64,000 nt of DNA. Source: Octopus sinensis (taxonomy: Eukaryota). Position numbers and translations under genes: made by a program. Location of the stretch: NCBI RefSeq assembly GCF_006345805.1, contig NC_043000.1:52266001-52330000 (forward strand), in the 5' to 3' direction. The notes beneath the pieces were generated by a model. It searched no databases. It saw only the letters and a program-made list of their open reading frames with translations, and was not told the DNA's origin. Of the stretch, positions 1-12,448 are shown one piece after another. Position 1 is the stretch's first letter, and every line of letters begins with the position of its first letter.

Positions 1-1485
1 ATCCCAGTCGGTCATCCCGGTTTTCAAACAGGGAAACAGATCCCTCGCAGTCAACTATCACCCAATCTCACTCACCTCCCACATCATTAAAGTGTTTGAA
101 AGAGTGTTAAGATCAAGGATAGCTGACTTCCTGGATACCCACAAACTCCTAAATGCAAATCAGTATGGCTTTCGCTGTGGCAGGGACTGTCTAACACAGC
201 TCTTACACCACATTGAAGATGTACTCAAAGCCTTGGGAACAGGTTCGAACTCTGACGTAATATATCTTGACTTCAGTAAAGCGTTCGACAGGGTAGACCA
301 TAATATCCTACTCTCAAAATTGGCAAATGTTGGAATCCGTGGAAAATTTCTACACTGGATTAAATATTTCCTGGCGAATAGAACACAACATGTTATAGTT
401 GATGGAGTCCACTCAAGCCCAGCAAAAGTCTTGGGTCCGCTACTCTTCATAATTTACATAAACGACCTTTCCAGTGTCGTACATTACTGCAAAGTGAAAA
501 TATTTGCTGATGACACTAAGCTCCAGCAAATCGTCAATGAAGAAGTAGATAGAACTCAACTCTAATCTGATCTATATGCTGTGAGTCAATGGGCAGACAG
601 AAACAAAATGCAACTGAATGAGGGAAAATTTGAGCTGATGCATTTTGGAAGAAATTCCTCACTAAAACAGCCATACTCTCTTCCTTCAGGGGAACCGCTC
701 ACAGCCTCTAACAACATCAGAGACCTGGGTGCAATTGTTGATGACGATCTCAGTTGGAGTGCACACATCAACAAGATGGTCGATATAGCTCGTAGGATGA
801 GTTCCTGGTTCTTAAGAACTTTCCGGTCCAGAGAACAAGGTGTCATCATACCACTTTTCTCCTCCTTAGTACGGCCACACCTCGAATACTGCTGTCCACT
901 GTGGTCTCCCCATACAAGACAAAACATCTCCAGGATTGAGTTACCCCAGAGAGCACTCACTAAACGAATTGAAGGCATGGCTGCTCTCGATTATTGGGAT
1001 CGCCTTAAAGCCTTGAAACTTTACTCTCTCCAGCATCGCCGTGAGCGGTACATCATTTGTACGATGTGGAGAATATACCACCAACGTTGCCCAAACGACC
1101 TTAACATTAGCTTCAAGGTTCATCCAAGACTTGGACCACAGGCCATACGTCCTCTGCCCAATTCAAGATCACAGCATACATGTACACTGCAACATAATTT
1201 CTTTTCCTCAACAGACCCTGCCCTATTTAACATTGTCCCGAGGGAGATCAAAGAAGAAACGGATCCCATCAACTTTAAACGGAGTCTGGATAGATTCTTT
1301 CAAAGAATACCAGACAAGCCACCCATAATTGGATACAACTAACCCAACAAGAACTCACTACTTGAATGGACCATAAACAAAACTTGACTTAAACAGGATT
1401 CGAATAATCCTATCAGGTGGTGCTATTAAGTTAGACATGGCCTGGACCAATCTTTGGTCGAAATATTATAAGTTTTATCTAAGTT
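1..1485 (+). mobile_element. CR1-group non-LTR retrotransposon, 3' part (RT pseudogene plus 3' UTR), runs off the left edge
   Basis: Frame 2 reads IPVFKQGNRSLAVNYHPISLTS, YLDFSKAFDRVDH, LGPLLFIIYINDL, FADDTK, then HLEYCCPLWSP...RLKALKLYSLQHRRER. There is an in-frame TAA at 563-565 (the ORFs at 92 and 581 are in the same frame), and the SGVPQGS motif is deleted. The ORF ends at 1342 and the 3' UTR ends in (TA)n at about 1486. Confidence 0.93.
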
Positions 1486-1486
1486 A

Positions 1487-1558
<72 letters not shown>

Positions 1559-1607
1559 ATATTGTATATATATAATATATTATATATATATATTATATAT
1601 ATATATC

Positions 1608-1650
<43 letters not shown>

Positions 1651-1922
1651 CACACATAATATATATATATACATATATATATATATAATATATACACATA
1701 TAACTTAGAATAACTAGAAGGGTTTTGCCCAGTATTGGCTCAAACCATGTCTAACTTAATAGTACCACCTGGCAAACATACACACAACACATAGATATAT
1801 ATATGTATATGTATATTATATATATATATAATATATATATATTATATATATATATATATATACATAACATATATATATAGAATATATACGTATATGTATA
1901 TATACATATACATATATAGATA

Positions 1923-1955
<33 letters not shown>

Positions 1956-2007
1956 GTACATATATATCTAAATATGCATGCATGTATATGATTTTATATG
2001 TATCAGA

Positions 2008-2040
<33 letters not shown>

Positions 2041-2147
2041 CATGTATGTGTATATATACATACATTGATCTCTCTCTAAATATATGTATATATATATATA
2101 CATATATACATATATATGTATATAGTTCTATCTATCAGTCTACCTAT

Positions 2148-2222
<75 letters not shown>

Positions 2223-2260
2223 CATCTATCTATCGATCTATATCTCTGTAATATCTACTC
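1486..2260. repeat. (TA)n / (TATC)n microsatellite complex
   Basis: Directly visible; it is the source of the spurious YI/IYLS ORFs. Confidence 0.95.
1702..1772 (-). mobile_element. Inverted 3'-terminal fragment of a related CR1-like LINE
   Basis: ccatgtctaacttaatagtaccacctg (1745-1771) is the reverse complement of caggtggtgctattaagttagacatgg (1414-1440) with one mismatch. aacttaga at 1702 mirrors tctaagtt at 1478-1485. Confidence 0.75.
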
Positions 2261-2974
2261 ATATACATACATACGTAAAATCATCGTCACATTGTCAAGT
2301 TGTATTCGCCTATTTGGTGTTGTGCTGGCACATTTTCCCTAATGAATTAAAAATTGCTGGAGACCGCATCGATTACATGCCGCTTTTTTCCTGGTTGCTG
2401 CTGTTGTTGTTGTTGTTGTTGTTAGTTTGTTCTCTTTACAGCACGTCTATGACGTGACACAGGTTTTTCCGTTGCCATTCAGAAAATATTCGTTAAACAA
2501 CAATGCTGTCTCTGCTGCATACAACATTGAACTGTACACTTTAACAGTTTATCTTACTTAATAAGATGAATGAGGTAACAGACGTTTGGTGTTACAAATG
2601 CTTGCAGGTTTCTTTGTACAAATGGAGATAGCGGCTGACATCACGTTTGTTATAATAAATGTGTAAGGTTCTCTTTGTACAAATGAAGATAGCGATTGAT
2701 ATCATGAGAAAGTTAAACTTCACTATTTTTAGACACAGTGAAAATAAAATGAAAATAGATTACAACACTATCTATCTTTTTGATTGAATCAGCGGAGCAG
2801 TTGTCAAATTGTTTTGTGCCATTCTGTTACATCTTTCTTACTTTCAAATCCTGACGTGGACAAATCTGCCCTTTCATTCTTTCTGGTCCGATAACATGAC
2901 TTCTGTACTTAGTGCGATATAATAGACTGTTCTTGTCCTCACAAAGGTCTTGCTTTCTGCTAATAATAAATATG

Positions 2975-3115
2975 TTCTTCTTCTTCTTCTTCTTCTTCTT
3001 CTTCTTCTTCTTCTTCTTCTTCTTCTTCTTCTTCTTCTTCTTCTTCTTTTTCTTCTTCTTCTTCTTCTTCTTCTTCTTCTTCTTCTTCTTCTTCTTCTTC
3101 TTCTTCGTCTTCTTC
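2975..3115. repeat. (TTC)n microsatellite
   Basis: Directly visible. Confidence 0.97.
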
Positions 3116-3139
3116 TTTATTTTTATTTATACGACAGTG

Positions 3140-3345
3140 TGCTAGCAAAATGCTTACCACGTTGAGCAAAATGTCTAACGGCATTTTGTCCGTCTCTCCG
3201 TCCTGGGTACAAAGTCAACCGGGGTCGACTTTGTCTTTCATTCTTTTAGGGGTCGATAAATTAAGTATCAATTGAGTACTGGTGGTGAACGTAATCGATG
3301 TGCCCTTCTCCAAAAATGTCAGGCCTTGTGCTTATAGTAGAAAAT
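3140..3345 (+). mobile_element. tRNA-derived SINE, family A (degenerate), with (ATT)n tail
   Basis: The core ggggtcgactttgtctttcattcttttaggggtcgataaattaagta matches the other family A copies. Confidence 0.7.
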
Positions 3346-3409
3346 ATTATTACTATTATTATTATTATTATTATTATTATTGCTTTGTTGTTGTTATTGT
3401 AGCTGATGT

Positions 3410-5000
3410 CACTTATCAGAACTCTCGGTTTCATTTGCTCCGGGTAGTTCTGTAAGAACGGACGACTTGTTGTCAAGAGCCACACAGTGTCTCTTTCCAC
3501 GGTAATTAACATCCATGTACAAATGTTACAATCTACGCTTTCGCCAATAAAACAGTTTTCTGAACATTTTATAATCTTATGTCAATCCCAATTTCTCTAA
3601 CAAAGTTCTGAAACCTGGTTTTTAATACTCCCAGTGCCCCTACAAATACTGGCATGATAATTACTTTTTACATTGTCTATATACATGCAATCTCAATCAT
3701 TTAGCGGCTTGTAGTTCTCAATCTTTTCCAGTTCTCTATCGTTGACTCGTACATTCCTAGGTATGCTAATATCTACGATCATGGCTTCCTTTAGCATTTT
3801 GTCAACTACATCAATATCTGATTGCCAAGCATCAATCACTGAAGCACGGTGGATTGTGAAATACGACTAGATCTTAAACTCATAATTCTCGGTGACCCCT
3901 TCAGATTGATGCTCGTACCATTTCAATGTCCTTTCAAGATCTTACTTCTCACACAATCTCCAATAAACGATCCTAATTACGTTATCGTGCCCCTTTTTGT
4001 ATTCTTTTTGAATTAGTTTATTACACTCACTACAATATGTGACACACTTTCGCTTTTGCTGCCACACATCACGCAATTGAGCGATTCACTACTCTTACCT
4101 GTTTGGAACTTGGTGTAATTAGTTCTCAGAACTTGTTCCTGGGCGCTGCATTTCAATGCCTCAGTGCATCGTTTCATATATCTATTTCTTTACTACCCAC
4201 AAGGGGCTAAACACAGAGAGGACAAACAAGGACAGACAAACGGATTAAGTCGATTATATCGACCCCAGTGCGTAACTGGTACTTATTTAATCGACCCCGA
4301 AAGGATGAAAGGCAAATTCGACCTCGGCGGAATTTGAACTCAGAACGTAATGGTAGACGAAATACCGTTAAACATTTCGCCCGGTGTGCTAACGCTTCTG
4401 CCAGCTCGCCGCATCGTTTCATATATCGTCTCCTTAGCCACCTCCAGGTGTTGGTCTAGTTTTTTCCTTCCATTTCTCTAATGCATCGCTTTCACTTTCC
4501 ACTTGTTCAATCTTTGTTCACCATCTTACTTCTTAAGTTCTTTTGGGTGTGTTTCATTTTCACTAAGTACCGCGTTGCTGTTTCTAACAGCAATAAACAA
4601 AGTTTCAACCTACTGATTGCCGTACCATCCAGACGATTTTCTCTATTGATATCACACATCTTGCATCCTATGGGACTACTTCATCCCTTGTTTCTAGAGA
4701 CATACAGTCTATCGAAATCGATTTTACGGTGAAGTTCCTTGTTCTTGTCCTCACTTCCCTGATTTTTCTATACATTTCTTCAACATCATACTTTCTCCAT
4801 CTAACTACACCTGCGCCATATCACATTAGGGAAATGACAGTCTATGTATTTATTGCTCTGAATTGAGTCTACTCTCCATAATTGATCTCTTCATTGAGTC
4901 TATTCTCCATAATTGATTTGGTTTTCCTGAGGTATTCTCGCATAACACTTTTCTTTATCTCACTCTCCTTGCTTTTGTCATACTCCAAAATATCCACATA
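3410..5000 (-). mobile_element. Decayed R4/Dong-like RLE LINE (3' half), interrupted by a SINE
   Basis: The minus strand gives YGAGVVRW...LHRKIDFDRLYVSRNKG, EYKKGHDNV, KWYEHQ, IVDISIP, EKIENYKPL, PVFVGALG and QKTVLL, followed by an (AAC/AAT)n tail at about 3345-3410. Confidence 0.8.
4183..4410 (-). mobile_element. Full-length tRNA-derived SINE, family A, with a 17-bp TSD
   Basis: A-box-like tggcagaagcgtt and B-box gttcaaattcc on the minus strand. Exact direct repeats GCATCGTTTCATATATC lie at 4166-4182 and 4411-4427. Confidence 0.92.
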
Positions 5001-5130
5001 ATAATAATAATGTTGATTATAATGATACTACTACTACTACTACTACTACTACTAATAATAATAATAATAATTCGCAAACATCCTCATCATCATCATCATC
5101 ATCGTCCTTGTCGTTACTGTTGTTGTTGTA

Positions 5131-5330
5131 GTGGCGAGCAAGCAGAATCTCTAGCAAATCAGTTTTTCCAGGATTTTTGCGCAAATTCCAAACTCCGCCG
5201 AGGTCAACTTTGTCGTTCTTTCAGGGTTGATAAAATCAATACCAGTTGAATACTGGGGTCTATATAATCGGCTAACCTCCTCCCACAAAAAATGCTGACT
5301 TTGTTCCAAAATGAGGAGAAATTGTTATTG
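5131..5330 (+). mobile_element. SINE family A (degenerate, alternative tail)
   Basis: ggcgagc head, ccgccgaggtcaacttt core and taccagttgaatactggggtc. Confidence 0.7.
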
Positions 5331-5649
5331 TTATTTCTATTACTGAGGCGCATCGGTTATGAAGTACAGCAAAGATCCGGATGGCAGGTTGCTGGGATAA
5401 AAATACAAAGACATTACAAGAGCTGAACAGTATTGTTATCCGGAAAGATATAATCATTTTATTGCTCAACCAACTGAAAATTGAACGGATACATTTTCGT
5501 ATCTGAGATAACACTACAAATAAGAGCAGGGGGTTAGAGAAATGGAGTAGTGTAGTCCGACCTAACCAGTGGACTGTACGTTGAGGTTCTTTTTATTCCT
5601 TGTGTTATTTTAACAGTTGTCTTCATTATATGTTGTGAAAGATCCGTTA

Positions 5650-6850
5650 TTCTATTGATAAAATATGTAAGACGTGTTCAGTGATGTTTATACCAGAATC
5701 CTCAGAATAAGTTCTATAGAAGACAAGATGTACCTGTGACGGCGTTATTTTCGATTGCGCATACATTTGTTTAAATTAAGGTTAACCTTGATTGAGGAAG
5801 CCTGTGATAAAAGTATTCAAGTCTTGACAGTCAATTCTCTCTAGAAATACATTGTACCGATATATTTTAATGTATCCTTCCTTCTTTGACTTGATGTAGA
5901 TTTTGCCACTTTGTAGAGAAAATTCACCGATCATGTAATTTTTATTTTGTCTAAAATCACGAGTCCATTTACTTGTATTTAAGTATTTTTCATATTCATT
6001 TTGATCATGATATGTCCATTAGTTATTATTGGTATTGATTTTATTCTCTTTACCTGCATCCTGCTTATTTGTATTCTGAAGTTATTGTATTTGGATTGTT
6101 TTCTGTTATCTTTTCGAGTATTGTCGTAGCTGAAAAAAATAGAAAATGCTATGGGAAAACAAATAATTTAAATGAAGTTTTGAATCATAGTATCTAAGAG
6201 ATTTGCTTTAATATCAGTCTAGACACATATATCCGCTGCGCAGAATATTTTACATGTAAATTAGTTACGTATTACTATATCCTTTGATACGGAGTATCTT
6301 CTTATTACACCACTTACAGAGCTACTTGTCTCTAGTTATGCCTGCAGTTAAGTTCTGCCTTTGCGACGAGTTAGTAAGAATGTGGCTGATTATTACGTCA
6401 TGCAGACTGTATATTGGGTAATAATAGCCACTTCTTTAATTGGCTCATTTTAGTATATTTATTTTAGTTAACTATTGATCTTTTGAAAATAAAATAAAAC
6501 CTCTTGCTACTGCTATGCGAGAAATTGTGCCATTCTTGGCTTTCATTTTAGCGTAGTTTCTAAATGTCTTTTCTTGCAGTGAATTACCATGGAGTTTGAT
6601 TTTTGTAAAGTTTTTTGTTAGTAACTTTTAAACTTTCGCTTTGATTTTACGTTTTAAATTTGTCTTTTATTTACTACTATTTTTAAGTTAAGATTGTTTT
6701 TTCCTCCGTATACTTAGTTTCCAGTTTGTACATTATACTTTACCTATATACAGAGAAACGTTTCTTGAAATCTAAATAATTTTTACGTTCTTTCTTTATA
6801 TTAAGCAGTCTACCATTGCTTGTTCGAAAGTATTTTATTTGATCTAATAT
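5650..6850 (-). pseudogene. Possible heavily decayed Penelope-like element (RT C-terminus / GIY-YIG remnants)
   Basis: Minus-strand peptide scraps CKWCNKK and KYIGT, with many stops and frameshifts. Weak evidence. Confidence 0.35.
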
Positions 6851-6882
6851 AATAGCTTCATATGTATCATACATATATAAGG

Positions 6883-6981
<99 letters not shown>

Positions 6982-7601
6982 TTGTCTCTGTCTCTCTGTC
7001 TCTCTTCCTTTATATATATATTCTATCAGTAGATTCGGAATGCAGCAACTTTTCCTGTGTTCGTGTCAATGTGCTTTTATTCCATTAAATATCAGCTCAT
7101 TTTATTGTTGCTCTAACATATGTGTTGAATGGCTAAATTAAGTTTGCGTCAAAGAAGCAATGATTTCAGTTGTTTAAAACTTATCAACTGGAATTCTATT
7201 ACAGGTGTTTTTTTACGGTTTTCATAATCATGCCTTTATTTTTACATCACTTACGTCTTTTCAGAAGTATATATGGTTATATTTTAATTATTTGATTTCA
7301 GTATCTACATCTATTTATATTTTGAATCTCATTTATTTTGCCTCTTCTAATACCTTGTCTAATAAGGTACACATTTTGATATGATTGTTGGATGCAGCTT
7401 AAAGTAGCGAATGCAGATTAATGTGGGTCATGCATATAGCAGTGAAGCATACATAGAAATGCATAACAGAAATGTTATATTGTTTGTATTTAGTAATGGG
7501 ACCATCAGTTTAATTTGAAAAAATAACAGAAGTCAGCAATAGACAAGACGCTTACTGACAATGTGTTACACAATACTCGTGGTCTACAACCTTTTGTAGC
7601 G

Positions 7602-7694
<93 letters not shown>

Positions 7695-7707
7695 GTCTGT
7701 CTATTTG

Positions 7708-7782
<75 letters not shown>

Positions 7783-7789
7783 GTCTATT

Positions 7790-7822
<33 letters not shown>

Positions 7823-9425
7823 AGCTATCTATCTATCTACCTATCTGTCTATCTATCGATCGATCAATGGATCTATCTATCGTTTGTCTATCTATCTATC
7901 GATCGATCTATTGTCCTTCCATCTGTCTCTCTGTCTCTCTATTTGCCTGCCTCCCTGTTTGTCTGTCTATCTGACTATTTATCTACATGTATGCATGCAT
8001 GTATGTATGTATTTATATCTCCACACATATGCTTATAACATGTATAGATGTATACACGAACGTGAACACACGAACTCACGTATACACAGACACAATGGGG
8101 CATGAATATGTGCATGTGTGTGTACATCCGCATGTGAATGTGTATGAATATATAGGCGTTGTTTCTGTCTTTCCACCTTCTGTACATTGTTGAGTTTTAG
8201 TCTGTATGTCAAAAATTAATTAGCATTCTACTGTGATCGTTCCATTTTCTGCTTCACTGCAATTCATGATTCATACAAAGAGAGAGAGGAAACGAGGGGG
8301 ACAGAGAGAAAGAGAGAGAGAGAGGGGAAAGGAGAGAGAAAGGGAGAGAAAGAGAATTCTGGGAAAGAATAGAGAAAGAAAGAGAAAGGGTGAGTGAGGG
8401 GGAAGGAAAGAGGAAGAGAGACAATATACAGAGAGGTATCTGTAGACAGAATGAGAAACCAGAACGTAAGTCAAAGATAACTTCTAAAGTGTGATGTTGA
8501 TATGTCATTCGGGGATAAAGTTGGCAATAGCCATTGGCTGGAATAAATATAGGTGTCAAGCTTTGGTTGATAAAATCTTCAAGAAAATAAGTTTGATTGC
8601 CAGTTGGAATCACTTCACTAATCGACGAGGGAACCTCTGTACTATTGATCAATCTGTTAGAAATAACAGCTAAATCCCCTAAAATACATTCTATCGTCTT
8701 TCTTAAAATCCCGAAGCTTATGGCTGAAATGACTTTGACAATCATATCAAACTGGGGTGAAAGAACAACAAATATTTCACGTCTGTCATTACAGTAATTA
8801 CAAGAAGCATGTATTTCTCTATATTTAATTCGTTCCACTTTACTCTGTTGGTTTCTGCAATAGAAAACAAGGCCACGTAGTTTTAGAGAAGGCAGTCTAT
8901 TGTATCGACTCAGTATTGTATTATTACCAGTACTCATTTCCTCGACACTAAAAGGATAAATAGGAAACTTGATGTTGGCAGGATATGAGCTCAACAAATA
9001 AAGCAACTTTATAACGTATTCTACAGGGTATTTGATTTATCGCTCTACAGATTCTGCCCACCCCTGCTCTCCTTTGTTCCATTATAATACAGAAAATATG
9101 CTTCTTTTTTATGTGTTAGCCTTCATTTATTAGCTCTATAATTTCGCTATAAATACTTGTATAATTTTTTCCAAGCACAGCGGAGCGCAGTACTATACGC
9201 CTTTTGTAAGAACCCTATTTAGTATATGTGCGGTACAATGTAATGCTAATTTTTGTATTTCGTGTATATTCAGGAGGTTTGGTTATTAGTCAGTATGCAC
9301 CAGTCTTAATCATCCCCAAAGTAAAGTTTTCTCTGTCAGGGATTGATTCTGTTTGATTCTACCACATACGGTCTATGTAATATCTTAACTTTTCAGTTCA
9401 GTTCTGCACATCATAGTTGTATTAC

Positions 9426-10244
9426 TTGGAAACGTGCGAGCGAGAGAAATAGTATTCTTAAGATTACAAAACTGGAATAGTACAGCACGAGCTATTACAG
9501 TTGAAAAAGTTCCGGCCAAGTTATAGAACTTTTACTTAAAATATTGCAGCTAAGGATTAAATTTCAAACAAAATATTTAGATTTAGAAAATATTAAGCTT
9601 TTATTAAAACAAAACAATTTATTTCAAGTTATTACTTCTATTTGTCATTACTTGTTACTTCTATTAAAAATAAAAACATAGTTCCCTTTAAAAAATCATT
9701 TTTAATTATTTATTAATAATTATAAATTTGAAAATAGGTTATAAAAAATAATAGTAGTAACTAATTAGTGCAATAAATAGAATAATACAAAAATTAGTTA
9801 TATATTACAGTAGAATCTACCTATAACAACAAATTTTCAATAAAATTTGCTTGAGTTATTGCCTAAGATATTGCCCAGTCTCCACATTTTTTAGTCTTCA
9901 CTCAATACCTGTTTCTTACGTATTGAATTTGTCTACCATATATACTATTCTACTTTGCATAAAACTTAACTATATTTGTATTTCTTGCTCTCATTTGTTA
10001 AGTATTCTAGTGTGTCTAGTTGTACTTTCTTTAATTATAATGTTACTTTGTAAATTAAAATCAAATAATTTTTAATATTCAAATTTTATCCTTAGCTGCA
10101 ATATTTTAAGTAAAAAATTACTTGTTCTGTACTTTACGAGATATGACATCTCGCCATGAATTTTTCCAACTGTAATAACTTGTCCTGTTCTTTTCCATTT
10201 TTATAATGTTAAGAATATTATTTCTTTTGCTCGTATTTTTCCAT
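9426..10244. mobile_element. MITE-like element of about 820 bp with imperfect terminal inverted repeats of about 160 bp
   Basis: ttttacttaaaatattgcagctaagga (about 9530-9556) and its reverse complement (about 10088-10115). tattacagttg is mirrored by caactgtaata, and gaaatagtattcttaa by ttaagaatattatttc. The interior is AT-rich. Confidence 0.75.
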
Positions 10245-10776
10245 GGGATCCATGGTTTTTTTCCAGGCTATGCTATTATGCTAATTAATAATGTGCCTGT
10301 CAAATGTGTCAATTAGCGGTGTCGGTGATAATTTTTTCCTTACCTAAATGATGCCGGTGATATATATCATAAGTCCTTTATCTAGAGCTATGTGCATAAA
10401 AAAGTATAGAACTATATTATCACTCTCAAATTTGAGAAACAAACACTTTTAAGACTTCATTACATGAGATTGATACCACGAAATTCCTCGAATTGAGATC
10501 TATCATTTAAGCTAAGTTAAAATATAGTTCGTTTTTAAAGTAAAAAAGTTAATTATACTTCAATCCGAAAGTAAAAAAAGTTAATTATACTTAAATCTAA
10601 TTTTTTGCCTTACTTATATATTTTTTCCTATTTTACCTTACAACATTTTTGTAAGGACACAACAATTTGCTATGCAGACCGAGTGCAGATATGAATAGCA
10701 TATGGGAAGCGGTATTAAGGAAAGACAGGAAAAGTTTAGATTTATAAGCCCTAAAATTCACTCCATAATTGCTCAA

Positions 10777-10845
10777 GGTAATATGGCATAGTGGTTAAGA
10801 GCGCGGGCTACTAACCCCAAGATTCAGAGTTTGATTCCAGTCAGT
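10777..10845 (+). mobile_element. tRNA-like SINE head (Pol III A and B boxes)
   Basis: atggcatagtggttaagagcgcgggctactaaccccaagattcagagtttgattcc: A box TGGCATAGTGG, anticodon-like stem ggg-ctactaa-ccc, B box GTTTGATTCC. Confidence 0.7.
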
Positions 10846-10846
10846 G

Positions 10847-11610
10847 GATAGTCAACCACATAGCTGGTTTAAGAAATGTCTGGAAATGTATAAAATAGCA
10901 CCTATTCTGCGAAACGTTTTCTCTGTAAGTATGAGATCATGGAGAGCCACACTGTCTTTGAACAGTGACAATGAATCTCTCAAAGCTGGAGATGTAAGAA
11001 TTTCATGTAGCATTTTCCAGGATGACTCACTATCACCACACCTCTTTTGTCTAGTCTTAATACCTCTCTCAAAATTGCTGAATGATGTACAGTATGGTTT
11101 TAAAATGTTTGATAAAAATATAAATAATTTCCTTTATATGGACGATTTAAAGTTCTTTGCAAAAAATTACCAACAACTATAAGGCTTACTAGCGATTGTT
11201 AAACAATTCAGTGATGACATTAGGATGCAATTATGCCTCGATAAATGTTAAAAAGCTACCATTATCAAAGGGAAAATGACAGAAACATCCAACGCTTACC
11301 TTGACAAGTAGAATGCCATAAAGGAGTTAGAACCAGCGGTGAGCTACCAATACCTAGGGGTATTGGAAGGGGACAGAATCAAACATTCAGTGATGAAGGA
11401 AAGGATCAGAAGATAATGTTATTGCAGGGGGAATGCCATACCAGTAGTGACTTACAGTTTCAGTATCATTAACTGGTCAATTACTGAAATATGTAATGTT
11501 GACAGAAAAATATGAAAACTGTTGACAATGCGTAGAATGCACTACCGCAAGGCAGATGTAGAACGAGTGCAAAGAAAAAAGGGAGGCTGTGGACTTTTAC
11601 AACTGGCCTT
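10847..11610 (+). mobile_element. R4/Dong-like LINE RT fragment (pseudogene)
   Basis: DSQPHSW, IFQDDSLSPHLFCLVLIPLS, LYMDDLKFFAK, YQYLG, INWSITEI...MHYRKADVER, with several stops. Confidence 0.88.
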
Positions 11611-11659
11611 TTGTATTATTTACATTTAACAGATATTTGCCCGCATCTTGTTTGTTGTT

Positions 11660-11705
11660 AACACAACGTTTTGACTGACATACCCTCCAGCCTTCATCAG
11701 GTGTC
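11660..11705 (-). ncRNA. Degenerate minimal type-I hammerhead ribozyme motif (G12A)
   Basis: GACAC-CUGAUGAA-GGCUG-loop-CAGUC-AAAA-CG-UU-GUGUU. Stems I and II pair and stem III is the palindromic ACGU, but GAAA is mutated to AAAA. Confidence 0.7.
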
Positions 11706-11803
11706 TTGGGGGAAATTTCGAACCTGGGTTCAAATTTCTAAGGTATTTATCGATGTTGTTGTTGTTTTTGTTGTTGTTGTTGTTATTATTATTATTTTTA
11801 TTA

Positions 11804-11850
<47 letters not shown>

Positions 11851-12237
11851 GTTATTCAGGCTGAGAACAGCACACGCCATCAGCATAAATTCCAGTATAC
11901 CCATCATGTGAGCCCGTCTGATAAGAGTACGCCAGGTATATGCATCGCATCCATATTTGCACGACATGGTGATCTCATATCAAGATTAATAGGGCGGAGA
12001 CCAGTTAGAATTTTATTCTGCTCGATTAGCCCATCCCGTTCAAAAGGTCTCTAAATAAGGGTTGCTTAAGGATGATGAGCGAAACACTCATGTTTCCAGA
12101 GGTGAGTTTTTCAAACCTCAAACATTCTCATCTACTTTTGCACGTGATCAAAGATGCACATATCGTCAGCCACTAAGCGATATGCTCAACTAGTTAAGGT
12201 CAAGTACAAGCAGCTGTAGTTGTAGTTGCAGAATATT

Positions 12238-12363
12238 TAGTAGTAGTAGTAGTAGCAGTAGCAGTAGTAGTAGTAGTTGTAGCAGTAGCAGTAACAGTAG
12301 TAGTAGTAGTAGTAGCAAGAGCAGTAGGCATGCAGCAGCAGTAGCAGCAGCAGCACCAGCAGT

Positions 12364-12448
<85 letters not shown>
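12238..12448. repeat. (AGT)n/(AGC)n compound microsatellite
   Basis: Directly visible. Confidence 0.95.

Noticed and set aside
8254-9006. 250-aa ORF as a single gene
   Set aside because: The C-terminal third is (CT)n-derived and the start is non-ATG. Only the middle part is kept, as a weak exon candidate.
10777-10845. Functional tRNA gene
   Set aside because: The acceptor stem does not close and the T-loop is degenerate. It is treated as a SINE head, as are the heads at 33238, 48501, 60603 and 61226.
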